A DNA stretch of 64,000 nt from NCBI GenBank assembly GCA_013265495.1, contig MU058781.1, positions 10,707,009-10,771,008 on the forward strand. The letters are read 5' to 3'. Numbering within the stretch: position 1 is the first letter of the stretch; the number at the start of each line of letters is the position of its first letter. Under the pieces are notes generated by a model. That model did not search any database. It was not told the DNA's origin and worked only from the letters and a program-made list of their open reading frames with translations. The position numbers and the translations under genes were made by a program. Shown here one piece after another: positions 11,462-24,525 of this stretch. This DNA comes from Vicugna vicugna. Its lineage: Eukaryota.

Positions 11462-14080
11462 GTCCACCCGTGTGCTTCTATGACCAACTTGCTTTGTATA
11501 CATTCAATACATCTTGAAATTGCTCCCCTAAAATTTTTGTTAGTCTCTCTTCCTAGAGATTCTTACAAGGGGGAGTTTAGTAGAACTAAATAAAGTCCTT
11601 GCTGCTGCACTAGGGGCCATAATTAATATATTAATACACATCATCTCCCTCTTCTACTGCTTCTTCTAGATTCTCTGACACCTCTGTTGACCTAAGGTTG
11701 CTTGATGATCCAGACTGTTATCCTGTCATCCCTGGGAGGTCTGTGACTCTTATCACTATGTCCCCGGTGTGGCTGCTGCACTGTCCATTTTCTGTCAAAA
11801 TTGCCCAGGGGGCTACAGTGAGATGCTCCTGTAGATTGCTTTGATGCCAAACTTATTTCCTTGTGCCTCCACTGTACAGTGGCAGCCCTGTCTCTTCCTG
11901 ATGGTTGGAGTCAACTACCCCTGCCAGGGTGGTAACTCATTCTCTCACCTGCTGGCCTCTCAGCAGGGCTCTAAGTGAAAGGAGTCAGTCTAGCTTAGAA
12001 TTTAATGGAACTGTTGATGCATCCTGGTAGAAGCTCTGTTCCTCAAAACCAGGACCTTTCCCTCAAAGCACAACTGCAGGGCAGGAAGCACAAATTACCC
12101 AGGAGGCTCACCAAGGCTGATGTCAAGTGAGGCCACTCCTACTTCCAGCTGTTGGTTTCTGGACCCATGTATTCTACCTGGTGAGGACACAGCATTAGAT
12201 AACAATTGTTCATTTAATTTGTATACTGTGTCCAGGTCGCACTCCATTTTTTTAGGGCATCATCTCATCTAACTGCACATCCAAATAGCTGTTCCTCCCC
12301 CCACCCAGGCTAATGGCTACTAGTTGGTGTGGTATGTGATAGAACCAGTGGGTCCCATGATCATGTGGCCAGTGCCCCACCTCCTTTTCTGTAAAGTGAG
12401 TTCCTTGGTCCAATATAATGTTGGGATCCCATGTTAATGGAAGGAACACTTGATAAGCTCTTCAAGAGTCGTGCTGAGCCCCTACCAGTAGTCAACGAAA
12501 ACTCATATTTAGAATATGTGTCAATTCCTGTCAAGATGAAACACTTCCCCTCCTAAGGTGAAAGGCGTCTAGGTAATCAACTTGCCACCAAATGGCTGGT
12601 TAGTGTCCTCAGTAGATGAGGAGCTCGAAGGTACTAAACTATGGAACATTTAGCAACAGGATTAACTAGATCTACATGAGTGGACACACATGCTGTAGGG
12701 CTCAAGCACAGCCTGACTCCCTACTCCCTGGAAGTACTGTGTTCATGCATGCATATGTCAGCATATGCACAGCCACAGAGAAAGCCCGGCTGATATCAGA
12801 TGGCTGAGTCACTTTGTTTACAGTTTGTATATTGCCTTTCACTGTGGAGGACTGGATGCCAGCATATGATACACACATTTCCATACACCCTGCCCTTCCA
12901 TAGATGCACACACATGCCTTTTCCCCATGCTTTCTTGTCCCTAGTCTTTCTCTTTAAAAGCTTCTAACCAACTGACAAAACCATTTACCATTACTTATGA
13001 ATCCGGGTATGCACTTCCCTCACACCACTTCTCTTTCTACAAGATGTGGATGTGGCCAGATAAACTGTCCATAGCCATCATCTCTCAGGGCCACCTCTGA
13101 GTGGAGCTTTAGTGTAGAAGCAGTCTGTTTCTGGCTTGGACCCACATACCAAGTCAATCTGTTTGTCACTCAAACTTGGCCTTCTCCTCCAACAGCTGGT
13201 TATCAGATGATATGTCCCATAGGTATTGCTGAGGGAGAGGTGCCCATGCAGTACTGGGGGGTGGCATGGGGGCATGCATTACCTACTGGTATAGCTTGTA
13301 CCCTGTTTGCCTGTTTGTGCACAATCTTGAATTAGAGATATCTGCACTAGGGGAATCTTAATATCTTCCACATTCAGATGGATTGCTGGGCCCATCTCAT
13401 CTTATGATTTGGTGGATCTAGAAGCCCACAATGTGATTTTTCTGAAATAAGCCTCCTGGGAGCTCCATTCCATGACATTTATTTTTCTCCTGGCACAGAT
13501 ATCTCTAGTGCCATGGGATTTACTGGATCTTATTGCCTATATGGTAAAGCTGTTTATATCATAGCTTGTACTTATGCCCATTCATATTCTAGGTGCCACT
13601 CAAGTTGAGAATTTTGTGCCACTTGGTAAATTTACTGGAGATTGAGGAAGTACCCTCCAGTGTGAATATGCAGCATCTGTAACTTAATGAGGTCTATCAA
13701 GTATTATCTTTTGTGCTTGGTGGGGACAGATGTGATGTATACTTAACATATATACCACATTTGGCCAGCTGCAAATGGACCAATCGTTTGAGTGGTGATA
13801 GTCTACTGTGATCTTCTAAGATCTTTTGGATTTTTTTAAGGGTCAGAATGGTGAATTAAATGTGGACATGATGGAGGTAACCTTCAGATTCTTTAGGTCA
13901 CTAAGTGTGGCAATAATCTCTGCCAATATGTAATGCAGCTTTATATTTACTGTCTTGAGTCGGGTGGGAAAAGGTGGGTAGTTTTAGAGCAAAACCACTC
14001 TTTAAACACAGGGGAAATGAGTGTCTCATACCTCAAGAGTAGACCTTGGAAGCAGAACAGGGTATCCACTATGGCATCAA
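11462..14080 (-). mobile_element. ERV-L internal region (ERV3-16A3-like): decayed pol (RT/RNaseH/integrase) and dUTPase
   Basis: ORF 12252-12449(-) 'DQGTHFTEKEVGHWPHDHGTHWFYHIPH' is the ERV-L integrase core. 11883-11936(-) reads VTTLAGVVDSNHQEETGL (dUTPase motif 3, typical ERV-L form AGVIDPDYQGEI). Many stops, frameshifts and deletions; right boundary approximate. Confidence 0.88.
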
Positions 14081-15758
14081 AGCAACAGGTGACTTCCTGT
14101 ATTAAAGAAAACTAGGTAATTGGTGCAAACTGTTCCCCAGACTGATGGCTGTAGCCCAAAGAGCTTTCCCATTCAAATCCTATCTGAGATCCCTCTGAGC
14201 CATTCAGTAAGGCAGAGCTACCTTGACACCTTTTCACAGGAAAAAAACTTGCCAATATCTTGCCAGATCAGGGTATATTTTGTCCTGTAGCCAAGGGTCT
14301 TTCACAATAATTAGAGTCAGCATGGCATAAATCATCTCCAAGCAATGGTTCTGAACACATCTTCATATGTTATGAGTAACTACCCAGTATACTGCAGTAC
14401 TAGTTAACATCCATGCTTTCTCTGATCTGGGAGACATAATGAATTCCAGGGGGGTCTGGTAGAGTTGTAAGCCTTTAGCAAGCCAAGTGCTCCACATAAT
14501 TAAATGTAGAGTGGGGAGAGTTCTGCTTGAAAATCAGAGTGTAACAGCATAACATATGGCCTGGGTGTCAAATTTAAAAGGATATTTGTAGAAAGAAGTG
14601 TACCTATCAGGAGGCAAATGGCCATAACGCTCATGAAAAGAAAATCCTGGAAGAGTTTCAAGGTTAAAACTCAGTGTTGCAAAGGTGATCCAGAGCATTA
14701 ATGTTGAAATTTTTCTCTTCCTTTTCTGCCACGTTTTCTTCCTTTGCGAATCTACGAAAGCTTTATACGTCTGTTCTGTGAGTTTAAAGTTTGAAATTTG
14801 GAAAGAGTACCCCATAAGGAAAGAGAAAGAAGAGCCAAGTTTTCAACCCAAGGTTGATATGTGCTTATTTGCAATGCAAAATAACCGATAACAGAAGACA
14901 GAGAAGTGAAGAGAAAAAAAAATCCCACTTAGACTTAATGCAGATATTTTCACTCATGTAAAAGTCTACTTCCCTGATTAAAACACACACACACAAACAA
15001 AAAGTTTCAAGACTTTAAGTGAAAACTCTCAAGTACAGATGGGTTTTTCTCATTCACTGCAAGCAGGGTTCACCCTCCTGTACAATGTGCAATGGAAGGC
15101 CATGGTCTTCCTGTTCCTGAAGCTTCTGAATCCCGTGCTTCCTTTCTCCCTCTCAGAAAATGATGTCAAGCTTATATAGCAATTTTAAGGGGAGAAAAAT
15201 GAAGCTGCTGACTGGAATTTACCCAACTTCTTGTTGCTAAATCTCTTTCCCACCTGTTATAATAAAGGAGAGCTCCTTCAGCTATATAATACCCATCGTT
15301 CATCCTGTGATCCTATCCCATCCCCTACAAAATTCTCAGAAACTTTCTCCTAGAGAGTACGCCTTTTCTTTCCTGTGCTCTTTTTATTTCTCTCTCTGTT
15401 GGAAACTTTCGGTCAGCAAGGTTATTTGCCCTGTGTTAACTGCTTTTATATTTCCGTCTTAAATTAGACTCTACAGCTTACAGTCATAAAGTTTCCTTTC
15501 TCACCACTGAAAAGACTCTTGCTAATCTTACCAATAATTTCAATGTTGCTAAGTTATCTTTCTGAATTTATAGTAGATTTTCCCCCTATTGACTAATCCT
15601 TACCTCTTTGACTTTCATGTCTTCATGAGCTCTTGATCTTTCCCTTTCTTCTCTGGCCACGCCTCCTCTACCCTAACTTTAAGTGTTGGCATTCCCCCAA
15701 ATTTATCACTAGCCTCTTTTCCCATCTTACCTTTTATTATCTCTCTAAGTGACCTCAT

Positions 15759-16153
15759 TGTCTCAGATAGCAATTGCTGCATAAAACATCACAATAAAAT
15801 GTTAGTGGCATACATCTTGTAATGAATCTGTAGATCAGTTTGATTCCGGCTAATTTGGACTAGACTTGGTTTGTCTTCGAGTGGCAAGTTAGGTCCAGGT
15901 CAGCTCATGCCTTGCATACTCCTTGTACCAGCAGCTCCCCAAGGCTAGTGAAAGGCTATATAGCACAACAGGACAAGCCCAACTGCATAAGCACATTTCA
16001 CGCCTCCAACTCTGTTACATTTGTTAACATGCCATTGGCCAAAGCAAGTCACGTGGTAAGCCCTAAGTCTGGGAACAGGGACGTAAATGCCTTTCATGGT
16101 GGTGTGGAGGGGAGGAAGTAGATGTTTTATGAATAGTGATTTAATCTCCTATA
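15759..16153 (-). mobile_element. MaLR solo LTR (older MLT1H/I/J group)
   Basis: Starts 'tgtctcagatagcaattgctgcataaaacatcac' and contains the diagnostic 'aacatgccattggccaaagcaagtcacgtgg'. Confidence 0.85.
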
Positions 16154-16412
16154 TTAATCATATATTTATGACTAATGACTCTCAATATGTCTGTCTTCAG
16201 CTCAGAATTTCCCCTTAATTCTAGACCTGTATATGGAGCTGTCTACTTGACATCTTCAACTGGTTTTTCACAGATACTTCAACATTAACATATTCAAAAT
16301 TCATTATCTCCCTTGTCTGATTGTATTTTCCTTCATAATTTCCTAGCTCAGTGAACAGCACCCTGACTCACCAAGTTGTATGATCCAGGCAACCATGAGT
16401 ATCTTTAACACC

Positions 16413-16486
16413 TTTTCTTTTTAAATTGAAGTAGAGTTGATTTACGATGTTGTGTTAGTTTCTGGTGTATAATGTAGTGATTTGGC

Positions 16487-16520
<34 letters not shown>

Positions 16521-16526
16521 CTTTTT
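16413..16526 (-). mobile_element. Cetartiodactyl-type L1 3' tail with (TA)n
   Basis: 'ttttaaattgaagtagagttgatttacgatgttgtgttagtttctggtgta' is the reverse complement of the L1 terminus seen at 61890-61944. (TA)n at 16487-16520. Confidence 0.8.
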
Positions 16527-17619
16527 CTTAAGTACTCCCAAGAAAATATAATTAATCAAAAATTTACATTCATTTTAACCTGAAGTAGCTTTTTTTAAAA
16601 AAGAAATCTCCAGATACCACATACTATAAAGATACTATCACCTCTTGCCTGTACTACTACAATAGCTTCCTCACTGTTCAACCCCACATCAACTTTGTCC
16701 CCCCAAATTCAAATCCACTCTCAACAATGTACCCTGATATTTTTTCAAACAGGACATACTTTCATTGATCCTGCCCACCGACCATCCATACACACACATG
16801 TACATACACACACACTCAAATCCCTTCAATAACTTCCACAGCCTTGTCTTGTGCCCACTCCTGTGTTTTACTTTGTGTTCCAGCCTTACTAATTTTCTTC
16901 TATTTCTCATAAAGCTCATGTTTCTTCTTGTTCAGGGCCTTCATCCATACCATTTCATCTTTTAGAATGACTGTTTTTCCCTGTTTTACTGGGATGTTTG
17001 TTCATGCTTCATAGATCATCTCATAAGTCATTCTACTTCCTGTGTCATCTCAGCATTCTGTACTTCAAGACTCTTAGGAAATGTGACTAAATTACCAATT
17101 GTGGTGTCTATTATACCCCTACCCACCTTTACCCTTCTTCCAGAAATAGAATGTAAGCCTCATGGAGCAAAGACCATGTCTATCTTGTTCATTTTCTATA
17201 ACTTTAGCACCTAGTTCCTGGTACTTAATAAATAATCAATGAGTATTTATTGATTTATCAAATAAGTGAATAAATCCTAGATTATCACTGAAAATTTGTG
17301 TTAAAATGATCCTTGAGATGACCCTAAAGTAATCTCTTTTAACCTTCATCCTTATGCCTGAGTTCTCAGTGGTGAATCCTTCCTCCACTTAATTCCAGTG
17401 AAATTAAAGAAAGTTTCCAACGCCATTAAATCAGTTAGTTTCTGCACACTTAGAGACCAGAACCACTGCTTTTTAATGTTTTTTGTCCATGCTATCTACA
17501 GAAAATTGAAACCCATGCTTCCTTAGAACATAAAAGTTAAAATCAACATTATAAGCATAAAACCTTATGTCTTAGAGTAGCAGTGCTACATAAAGTAATT
17601 GAAAAAGTAATATCATTAT

Positions 17620-18760
17620 GAGAATCAAAATACAAGATATAGATGGGGAGAAAAATATTTGCAAAACACACAACTGATAAAGGACTGGCACCTGCAATAT
17701 ACAAAGAACACTTAAAATTCAATAACAAGAAAATGAACAACCCAATTTAAAAAAATGGATAAAAGACCTGAAAAGACACCTCACCAAAGAAGATATACAG
17801 GTGGAAAATAAGCATATAAAAAGATGCTCGATAGCATATGTCATCAAGGGATTTCAAATTAAAACAATGAGCTACCACTACATACCTATTAGAATGGCCA
17901 AAATTCAAAACACTGACAGTAGCACATGTAGGTAAGGATGTGGAGCAACAAAAACTCTCATTTATTGCTGTTGGGAATGTAAAATGATACAGCCACTTCG
18001 GAAGACAGTGGCAATTTTTTAAAATGAAACTAAGTGTATCTTTACCATACAATCCAGCAATCCTGCTACTTACTATTTACCCAAATAAGTTCAAAAATTA
18101 CATCCACACAAAAACTTGCACACAAACATTTATAGAAGCTTTATTCATAATCGTCAAAACTTGGAAGCCTTCAATGGACAAATGGATAAACAAACTGTGG
18201 TGCATCCATAAAATGGAATATTATTTAGTGATAAAAACAAATGTGCTATCAAGCCATGGAAAGAAATGGATAAAACCCAAATGCATATAGTTAAGTGAAA
18301 GAAGCTCTAATCTGAAAAAGCTGCATCCTATATGATTCCAACTATATGACATCTGGAAAGACCAAACTATAAAAACAGTAAAAAGATCAGTGATTGCCAC
18401 AGGTTTTTGGGTAGGGGGAAGGGGGAAGGGAAAGTTTTCGTGAAGCATAGAGGATTTTCAGGGTGGTGAATTTATTCTGTATTATATTGTAATGTTGGCT
18501 ATATGCATTTATACACTTGTTAAGACCTGCAGAATACAACACTGAGCAAAATCTTATGTAAATTATGAACTTCAGTTGGTAATAATGTATCTGTATTGGC
18601 TCTTCAATTGTAATAAATGTACCACATAAGATGCTAATAATAAGGAAAACTGTGTGTGAGGGTGGCAGTTGAGAGGGTATATAGAAACTCTCTACTTGCA
18701 GCTCAATTTTTCTGTAAACCTAAAGTTGCTCTAAAAAGTTGCCTATTAATTAAAAAATAT
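17620..18760 (+). mobile_element. LINE-1 L1MC-type (L1MC1-like) ORF2 C-terminus and 3'UTR
   Basis: ORF 18024-18290 'LPYNPAILLLTIYP...HTKTCTQTFIEALFIIVKTWK...WINKLWCIHKMEYY' is the L1 ORF2p C-terminus. 3'UTR 'atatgattccaactatatgacat...aaaagatcagtgattgcca...ctcaatttttctgtaaacctaaa'. Confidence 0.92.
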
Positions 18761-21700
18761 ATATAGGAAACTCTCATATTGTACGTAGTCTGTAGTTAAA
18801 ATTAAAAAAAAAAAAGAATCTTTAGCATCTAGCACTATGATTGCTGTGTTCCAAATGGCTTTTAAAATTAGTAGTGTATAGAGCTAGAATTATGAACAAT
18901 GGATGTGGGAAAACACAGTGTAATAAAAAAGTTGGTTAAAAATAAAAGCAAAATGTTTCATTCTCTACTATTGATAAGTAAATTAAAGATAGGATACTGA
19001 GAATTTGGTCATTAATTTACCTTCCAGATGACTGTTTAGTTTCCTAGTAGCAGCCTTCACCCAGGTTTTTTTCTTGCTTCCATTGAATTCTTTCATAAGA
19101 CAGTGGACAGATGCTCAGCAGCTGTTGCTGCATGTCAGGAAGCAGCTTTATAACTCTGTCTCCCAATGAAATAAATACAAAGTGTAGGTTATAGAAGTTC
19201 CAGTTCTCACATCAGTGGTATGTACTGGGAATGCTATAATGGCTACCACCTGATACATGCAGAAGGAAAGCAAGTACAAAAAATGTTCCATGCACCTCAT
19301 GCCTTTCTGAAAAATGATAGCTTTCCCCCCAAGACATATGGAAACAACTGCTTTCCTGAATGTGTAATGTCTCAGGGTACAGACGAAGCCAGTCGGCTTG
19401 ACAGATAACAGCAAGGAGAGAAATATAGGAACATTTCTCTTTGGGCCAAGAAGCAATAATGTGTCTTACTAGAGTTACTGCCTCTATTAAAATGAGATAC
19501 AAGATATTAATTGTATTACTACAGGAGATAGAAACAAGGGCTGGAGCTCAGCTCCAAAACAGCATGGAAACTGTCACTTCCCCAGTTCTGCCTTCTCTAA
19601 TTAAGTCCCAATGGGGTCTCCTGTTCATTTCAGTTATGGGCACTTCTCAGGATAAATGATATTTAAACACAGAGAAAAACCCCTGCATCCAAATTGGTCA
19701 CCAATTCAAATTCTTACTAGATGGCAGTGACTGCAAATTGGTACACACTCCTCCAATGTCTGTTTGTTTCCCAGCAAACAATTGTGAGTTAATGAGCAAT
19801 TGTGAGTTAATGCTTCTTCAGAGTAGCCCAGGGCTGTAGTTAAAACCCAAGTCATCAACAGGCAAGACAGACCCAAACACCAACAATATGGAGCAACATT
19901 GAAAAGTCAGTCTGGGAGGAACCAGTACCAGGACCAGAATGGCAGCTGTCTGTTTGCCATTTTTGTAGTTTTTAATTTAGCTGGTTTAAGGGAGGGGGCT
20001 GCTTTTTTCCCAGAAAACCTCCAGCCTTTTCTGTGAGGACTCACAGACCGCTGAGAGAACGTGCATGTGCACATTGCACTAGCTCCCCCCAGGCTGTGCT
20101 TCTTTGCTCACTCTTGCCCACCTTTGTCTCATGTCTTTGCATTTCTCTACTTGCTTCCAGGGTGAATCTAGTCTTCATCAACACTAGTGCTTAAACACCT
20201 TTTAGTACTCATTTCTCTTTTCCCGGGCTTTCTCTGATCTTATTAAATTTCCAAAGATAGGAAACACACAAAACTGGGTCTCAAATTGAAAGCCACAAAA
20301 ACTGGCAAAATGTATCATAATGGATACTTATTTTGTCCCTTTTGTCCAAATCTTGAATTCCTAAAGGTAGAAATTCCTTTTTCCAAAGTAAAAGTCCATG
20401 AACATACATAGGTACAGAATTAAAGTTAACTAATTAGATTATAAAGAAAGGCTGTCAGTTCCAGCAGAAAACAATCTATGAGGATCGATTTAATGACTGA
20501 GATGTACATTTGGGGCCATGTCTGACTTGAGCCAGAGGTGAGTCGCTGACCTAGAAGGAAAACCCGCATACCCCAGTCATCGGGCCGTTTCCATCCCCCA
20601 GAGCCTTGCATACCTCCCTGCTGCGCTGTTAATGAAACAAGTGAGTCCTAGGAGGACATCTATTTTACCACACCATTATTCCATAGGGTGGTGTCCTAGG
20701 TTAATAGAGCCTCATTAACAATTGCTAGCAGAGCCCCTCAAGCTTTCCAAGAATTCATTTTTACAATAATGGAAAGAACATCACAATTTCCCCCCATATC
20801 CAATTTCAAATGCCCTAAAGCAAAGAATAAGAAGTTAGAAACACAAAAAGGTGTATGCTATCTTTTGCAATGTCAAAAACAATCGTTCTAGGGGTCACTG
20901 TTAGTTACCGAAATACCATGTGGGATTAAAAGTGCGCCATTTAAAAAGTACGTATTATTTTTGTCTTTGTCCTGCAGAGCACACCACTATATCATGCAGC
21001 TTATGGGAAGAATCCACTGCTTTTGCCTTGGATTCTCTAAATTTCCCACAAAGGTAGCAAGACATTTTTCTTGAAGCTTCCTGATAGAAGCAAATGGGTT
21101 TGTTGTGCCATATTTTACTGTTGCCATTTTTAAAAAATGCTGGAACCATATTTGGTAGGGTGAATGAAATGCATATTTGCAGATGTTTGAAACTTTTATC
21201 GAGAGAGGCTGTTGATTATTAACACATGTTGCCTCAGTAATTAAGAGGTACTAGGTCATTAAGAACTCATTAATCTTCCGATTGTTTTTTTCATCCCACA
21301 GAATATGTGAGAGGGTAGAACAGGGAAAAACTATGCTTTGCTTTCCATTGGAAATGAAATAAAACTCTTATGATAATGAGCCTAGAATCTCTGTTTCATT
21401 CAGTTTATACTTCAACTGCAGAACTACTTATTACTTTAGAGTATGTTCTCTCATTTTGTTTAAAAAGATGTATCTTCTAACAATGGTCCAGATATAAATG
21501 TTCCTGTTAAACATGTACTGGAGTCGTCAAAGAATAATTTTTCCACCTTGGTTTCATCCTTACTTGAGTTAGAAAAACACTCTGTATTCCTTGTCAGCTC
21601 CTGTCATCACTAGAATACTCTTCACCCTTGCATGCTTTCTGCTTCCTTTCCCTTTTTATGAAAGTCCTTTCCTTCCAATCTCTTCTTTTTTTTTTTAATT

Positions 21701-22089
21701 CCTGACTACTCCCAACTTCTCCTCCAAGATGTAAGGCCATTACACCACTTTCAAGTATAAGATCTTATTTCCTGGAGGGTTGAACAACTACGAGTCAAAG
21801 ATTTCTTAGCGTCAAGAACAAAGACTTTTGTTCTTGTAAAATACTTAGTCCTGAGTGATCCTCTTTCTTACCAGAGTTGAGAGTTTCAGCATTTCGCTGA
21901 AGGCTCAAAGCCACTTAAGCCAGGAAGTGCAGTAGAAAGGACTCACAATATTTTCCTGTGGAATGTTTTTAAATGAAATAATGATCTTGGAAGATGTGAG
22001 CCTGACAGCTCAAGAGACAGAGATATTCTGATTAGCCAAAGGGTGAGCATCACATGGGTCAGCGGCAGGACACCAGGCTTACTTCTCTG

Positions 22090-22320
22090 GCTTGGGGCAA
22101 ATCGGCCTGAGTGAAAGTGCAGTCAGTCTGTCACTTCACCCGGCTGCTGGGCCGGGGCTGTGCCCCCCGATTGGTACCAGCTGTGAGGGCGAGCTTTCTG
22201 GCAGAGAGATGGCTCAGCTCAAAGCTGCACCAACTCCCTAGCCTGCTGCCACGTAGCACCATTAGGCTATAAAATCTCTGCACTCCCACCGCCCTAATCA
22301 AGCCCCAATCAAAGATACAC
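22090..22320 (+). promoter_or_regulatory. Candidate promoter or enhancer motif cluster
   Basis: Locally GC- and CpG-enriched, no repeat recognised. Reverse CCAAT (attgg 22170-22174), CAGCTG 22178, TATAAAA 22268-22274, GC-box-like cccaccgccc 22285, ATCAAAG 22308. Motif evidence only. Confidence 0.35.
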
Positions 22321-23944
22321 CCAGCAGCACATCACTTACTTCTTTCTCATCTCTTTTGCCCAACATCAATGATGAACCCACAAATCAAGTCTGCCCAGTG
22401 TGCTACTTTGTTCAAGCCAAAAAAAAAAAAAAAAGATTCCTTGTGCTCTTTTACTTCAGAGTTCAAATTTTATTTTGGAAGGAGACAACTTTCTCTAATA
22501 AACAGAGATGGTTTTATACAAAGATTATGAAGAAATCAATGCCCTGTGGTTTCTTAATTCACATATTAGACAGTAGTCTATAGAAAATAATTAATCTTTA
22601 CAGAAAATGTATTAAAAGCCCCTGTATCTCACATATCTATCTGAACGTCCATGAAAAGCCAATTGAAAAGACAGACAAGGATAGTCAGATATGAGATCTT
22701 TGTTCTACTGCAGTGTGGATTGCATCACCAACAAAGCCATACAGGGCAGCAGCAGCAGCCATCTTACCAAAGCAAGACCAAGTTTGGCATCACCCTTGTT
22801 TCCTTAGAGTGAAAATATTGTTCTTAACATTAAATAACCAAGGAGAAGATCTCATTTGGAAGAAAGCCTGAGGCTGTATTAGGATGGCTAGCAATACCTC
22901 AGTGTACAGGAAACTGATTGCAAACCACATAAATATATCCCAAGAAATCCACTATAAATGTATTCCTAAATTAATTTCTCCTTAGCTAGATCCTCCTAAA
23001 ACATTTATAGCCACCCCTACATCAGCCAACATGATGGGAAATGTGATGGAAGGGGATTCAGAATGGAATATCATACTTTTTCAAATTTTATAGGAATTTG
23101 TAACTGTATTAAATTTCTAGGGCCCTCTTAAGGCTACAAGAAGGGTCTGATGTCAGAGAAGGCCCTAAAGCTCAAATGTTTTAATTTTACAGCACATTTG
23201 CTTCTGGTTTTATAACATAATTGGAAGTTCTATACTGAGGTCACTCCAGAAATTTCAATCCAAATGTAAGAGATCTGTTGACTTTTCAGGTATGCCAAGT
23301 AGTCTTGTTGATAAGTACTCATTGCTCATTTTAAAAATTGATATTTGTGGAGGTATTAATGCCGAGACTCAAAAAAAAGGCTTCTTAGACCAATTCTATC
23401 AGTGGGAATTTGGGAAGCCATGTGTCATTACTACGTGGACAAAGGCAGGCTGACCTGTAACTCTGGAAACTAGATAATATCTTTTAGGGCATCTTGTGGG
23501 AAAGTTATAGGAAAGGTATATAGAAGGAGGCAGATATTGCCAGTGGAGATTTGTCAACATTTAGAAGCCAGCCAGCAGTAGGCAGACGTCCACAAAGATG
23601 GAATGGCATCTGGGGGTCTCAGAGGCCTATGAGTGAGTTGTCGGTGACTGGGAACCCCAACAGAATGTGGAATCAGGTAGGTCTATTGCAAGAAAAAACA
23701 ATTAAAGGTATGAAGCTGGAATTTGTAGAAAGTGTAGCCTCTGTTCCCAAAGATTTTCCTTCCAAGACAAGAAGTCTGCCACAGGGAAGTAGACAGGAAT
23801 TAAAACCTAAATATGGAACTCAGGTTTACTCCAAGTTCAGTCACTAGCTCCCTGTTTGAGTCTCCTGTGTCTGGAGTTCTGCCTGACGACCCCACGTAGC
23901 ATCCCATTTCCACGGCTCCCCTGTGCAGAGGTTCTGACTTCACC

Positions 23945-24525
23945 TGTTAATTTGTTTATTAATCAATAAGGTATTTAACTGCTTGTTATGCCAGGTTCTG
24001 TTCTAGATATGAAATCCCTAACACTTGGAGTTTATAATCCAATGAAAAGGCATAAAAATAGGAATAAACATAATAAATCATTTCAGATGGTGACAAGGGC
24101 TGTGAAGAAAATAATAGCAATTAATATAAGGCACATTCTCATTGTGGGGAGATTACATTCTTGAAGGTGATGGTCAGGAAAGATGTCTGTGAGGAACTGA
24201 GACTTAAGACCTGAGTAATGAGTCTACCATGCAATGGTCTAAGGGAAGAGTGTTTCAGGCAGGAGAAACAACAAATGCAAAATCTGGTCCTTGGCATGCT
24301 TCAGGGACTAAAGGAGACTAAATACATAGCAAGTGATGCATGAAAGGGTCGAAGAAAATTGTAGAGAAGGAGGTGTGGCATCAAATTACCTAGAACTTTA
24401 GCAGCCAAGTTAAGAATTAGGCACTTTATTTTAATTGCCCAAGAAATTATTGAATGTTTAAAGCAGGAATGTGATGCAAACTTATTTATTCTTCAAAATG
24501 ATTGTCCTAACTTCTCCATGAAAAA
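23945..24525 (-). mobile_element. LINE-2 3' end fragment
   Basis: 'tttattaatcaataaggtatttaactgcttgttatgccagg', 'ggtcaggaaagatgtctgtgaggaactgagactta', 'gggaagagtgtttcaggcagg', 'ttaaagcaggaatgtgatg'. Confidence 0.8.

Larger units (their letters stand above)
15240..17275 (+). mobile_element. LINE-2 fragment interrupted by an MLT1 LTR and a short L1 tail
   Basis: L2 motifs on both sides of the insertions: 'gctgtctacttgacatcttcaactgg', 'tactactacaatagcttcctcactg', 'agaatgtaagcctcatggagcaaagaccatgtctatcttgttca', terminal 'taagtgaataaa'. Confidence 0.8.

Noticed and set aside
23080..23206. MER53-like DNA transposon fragment
   Set aside because: Only a faint resemblance to a recalled consensus; too diverged to call by eye.
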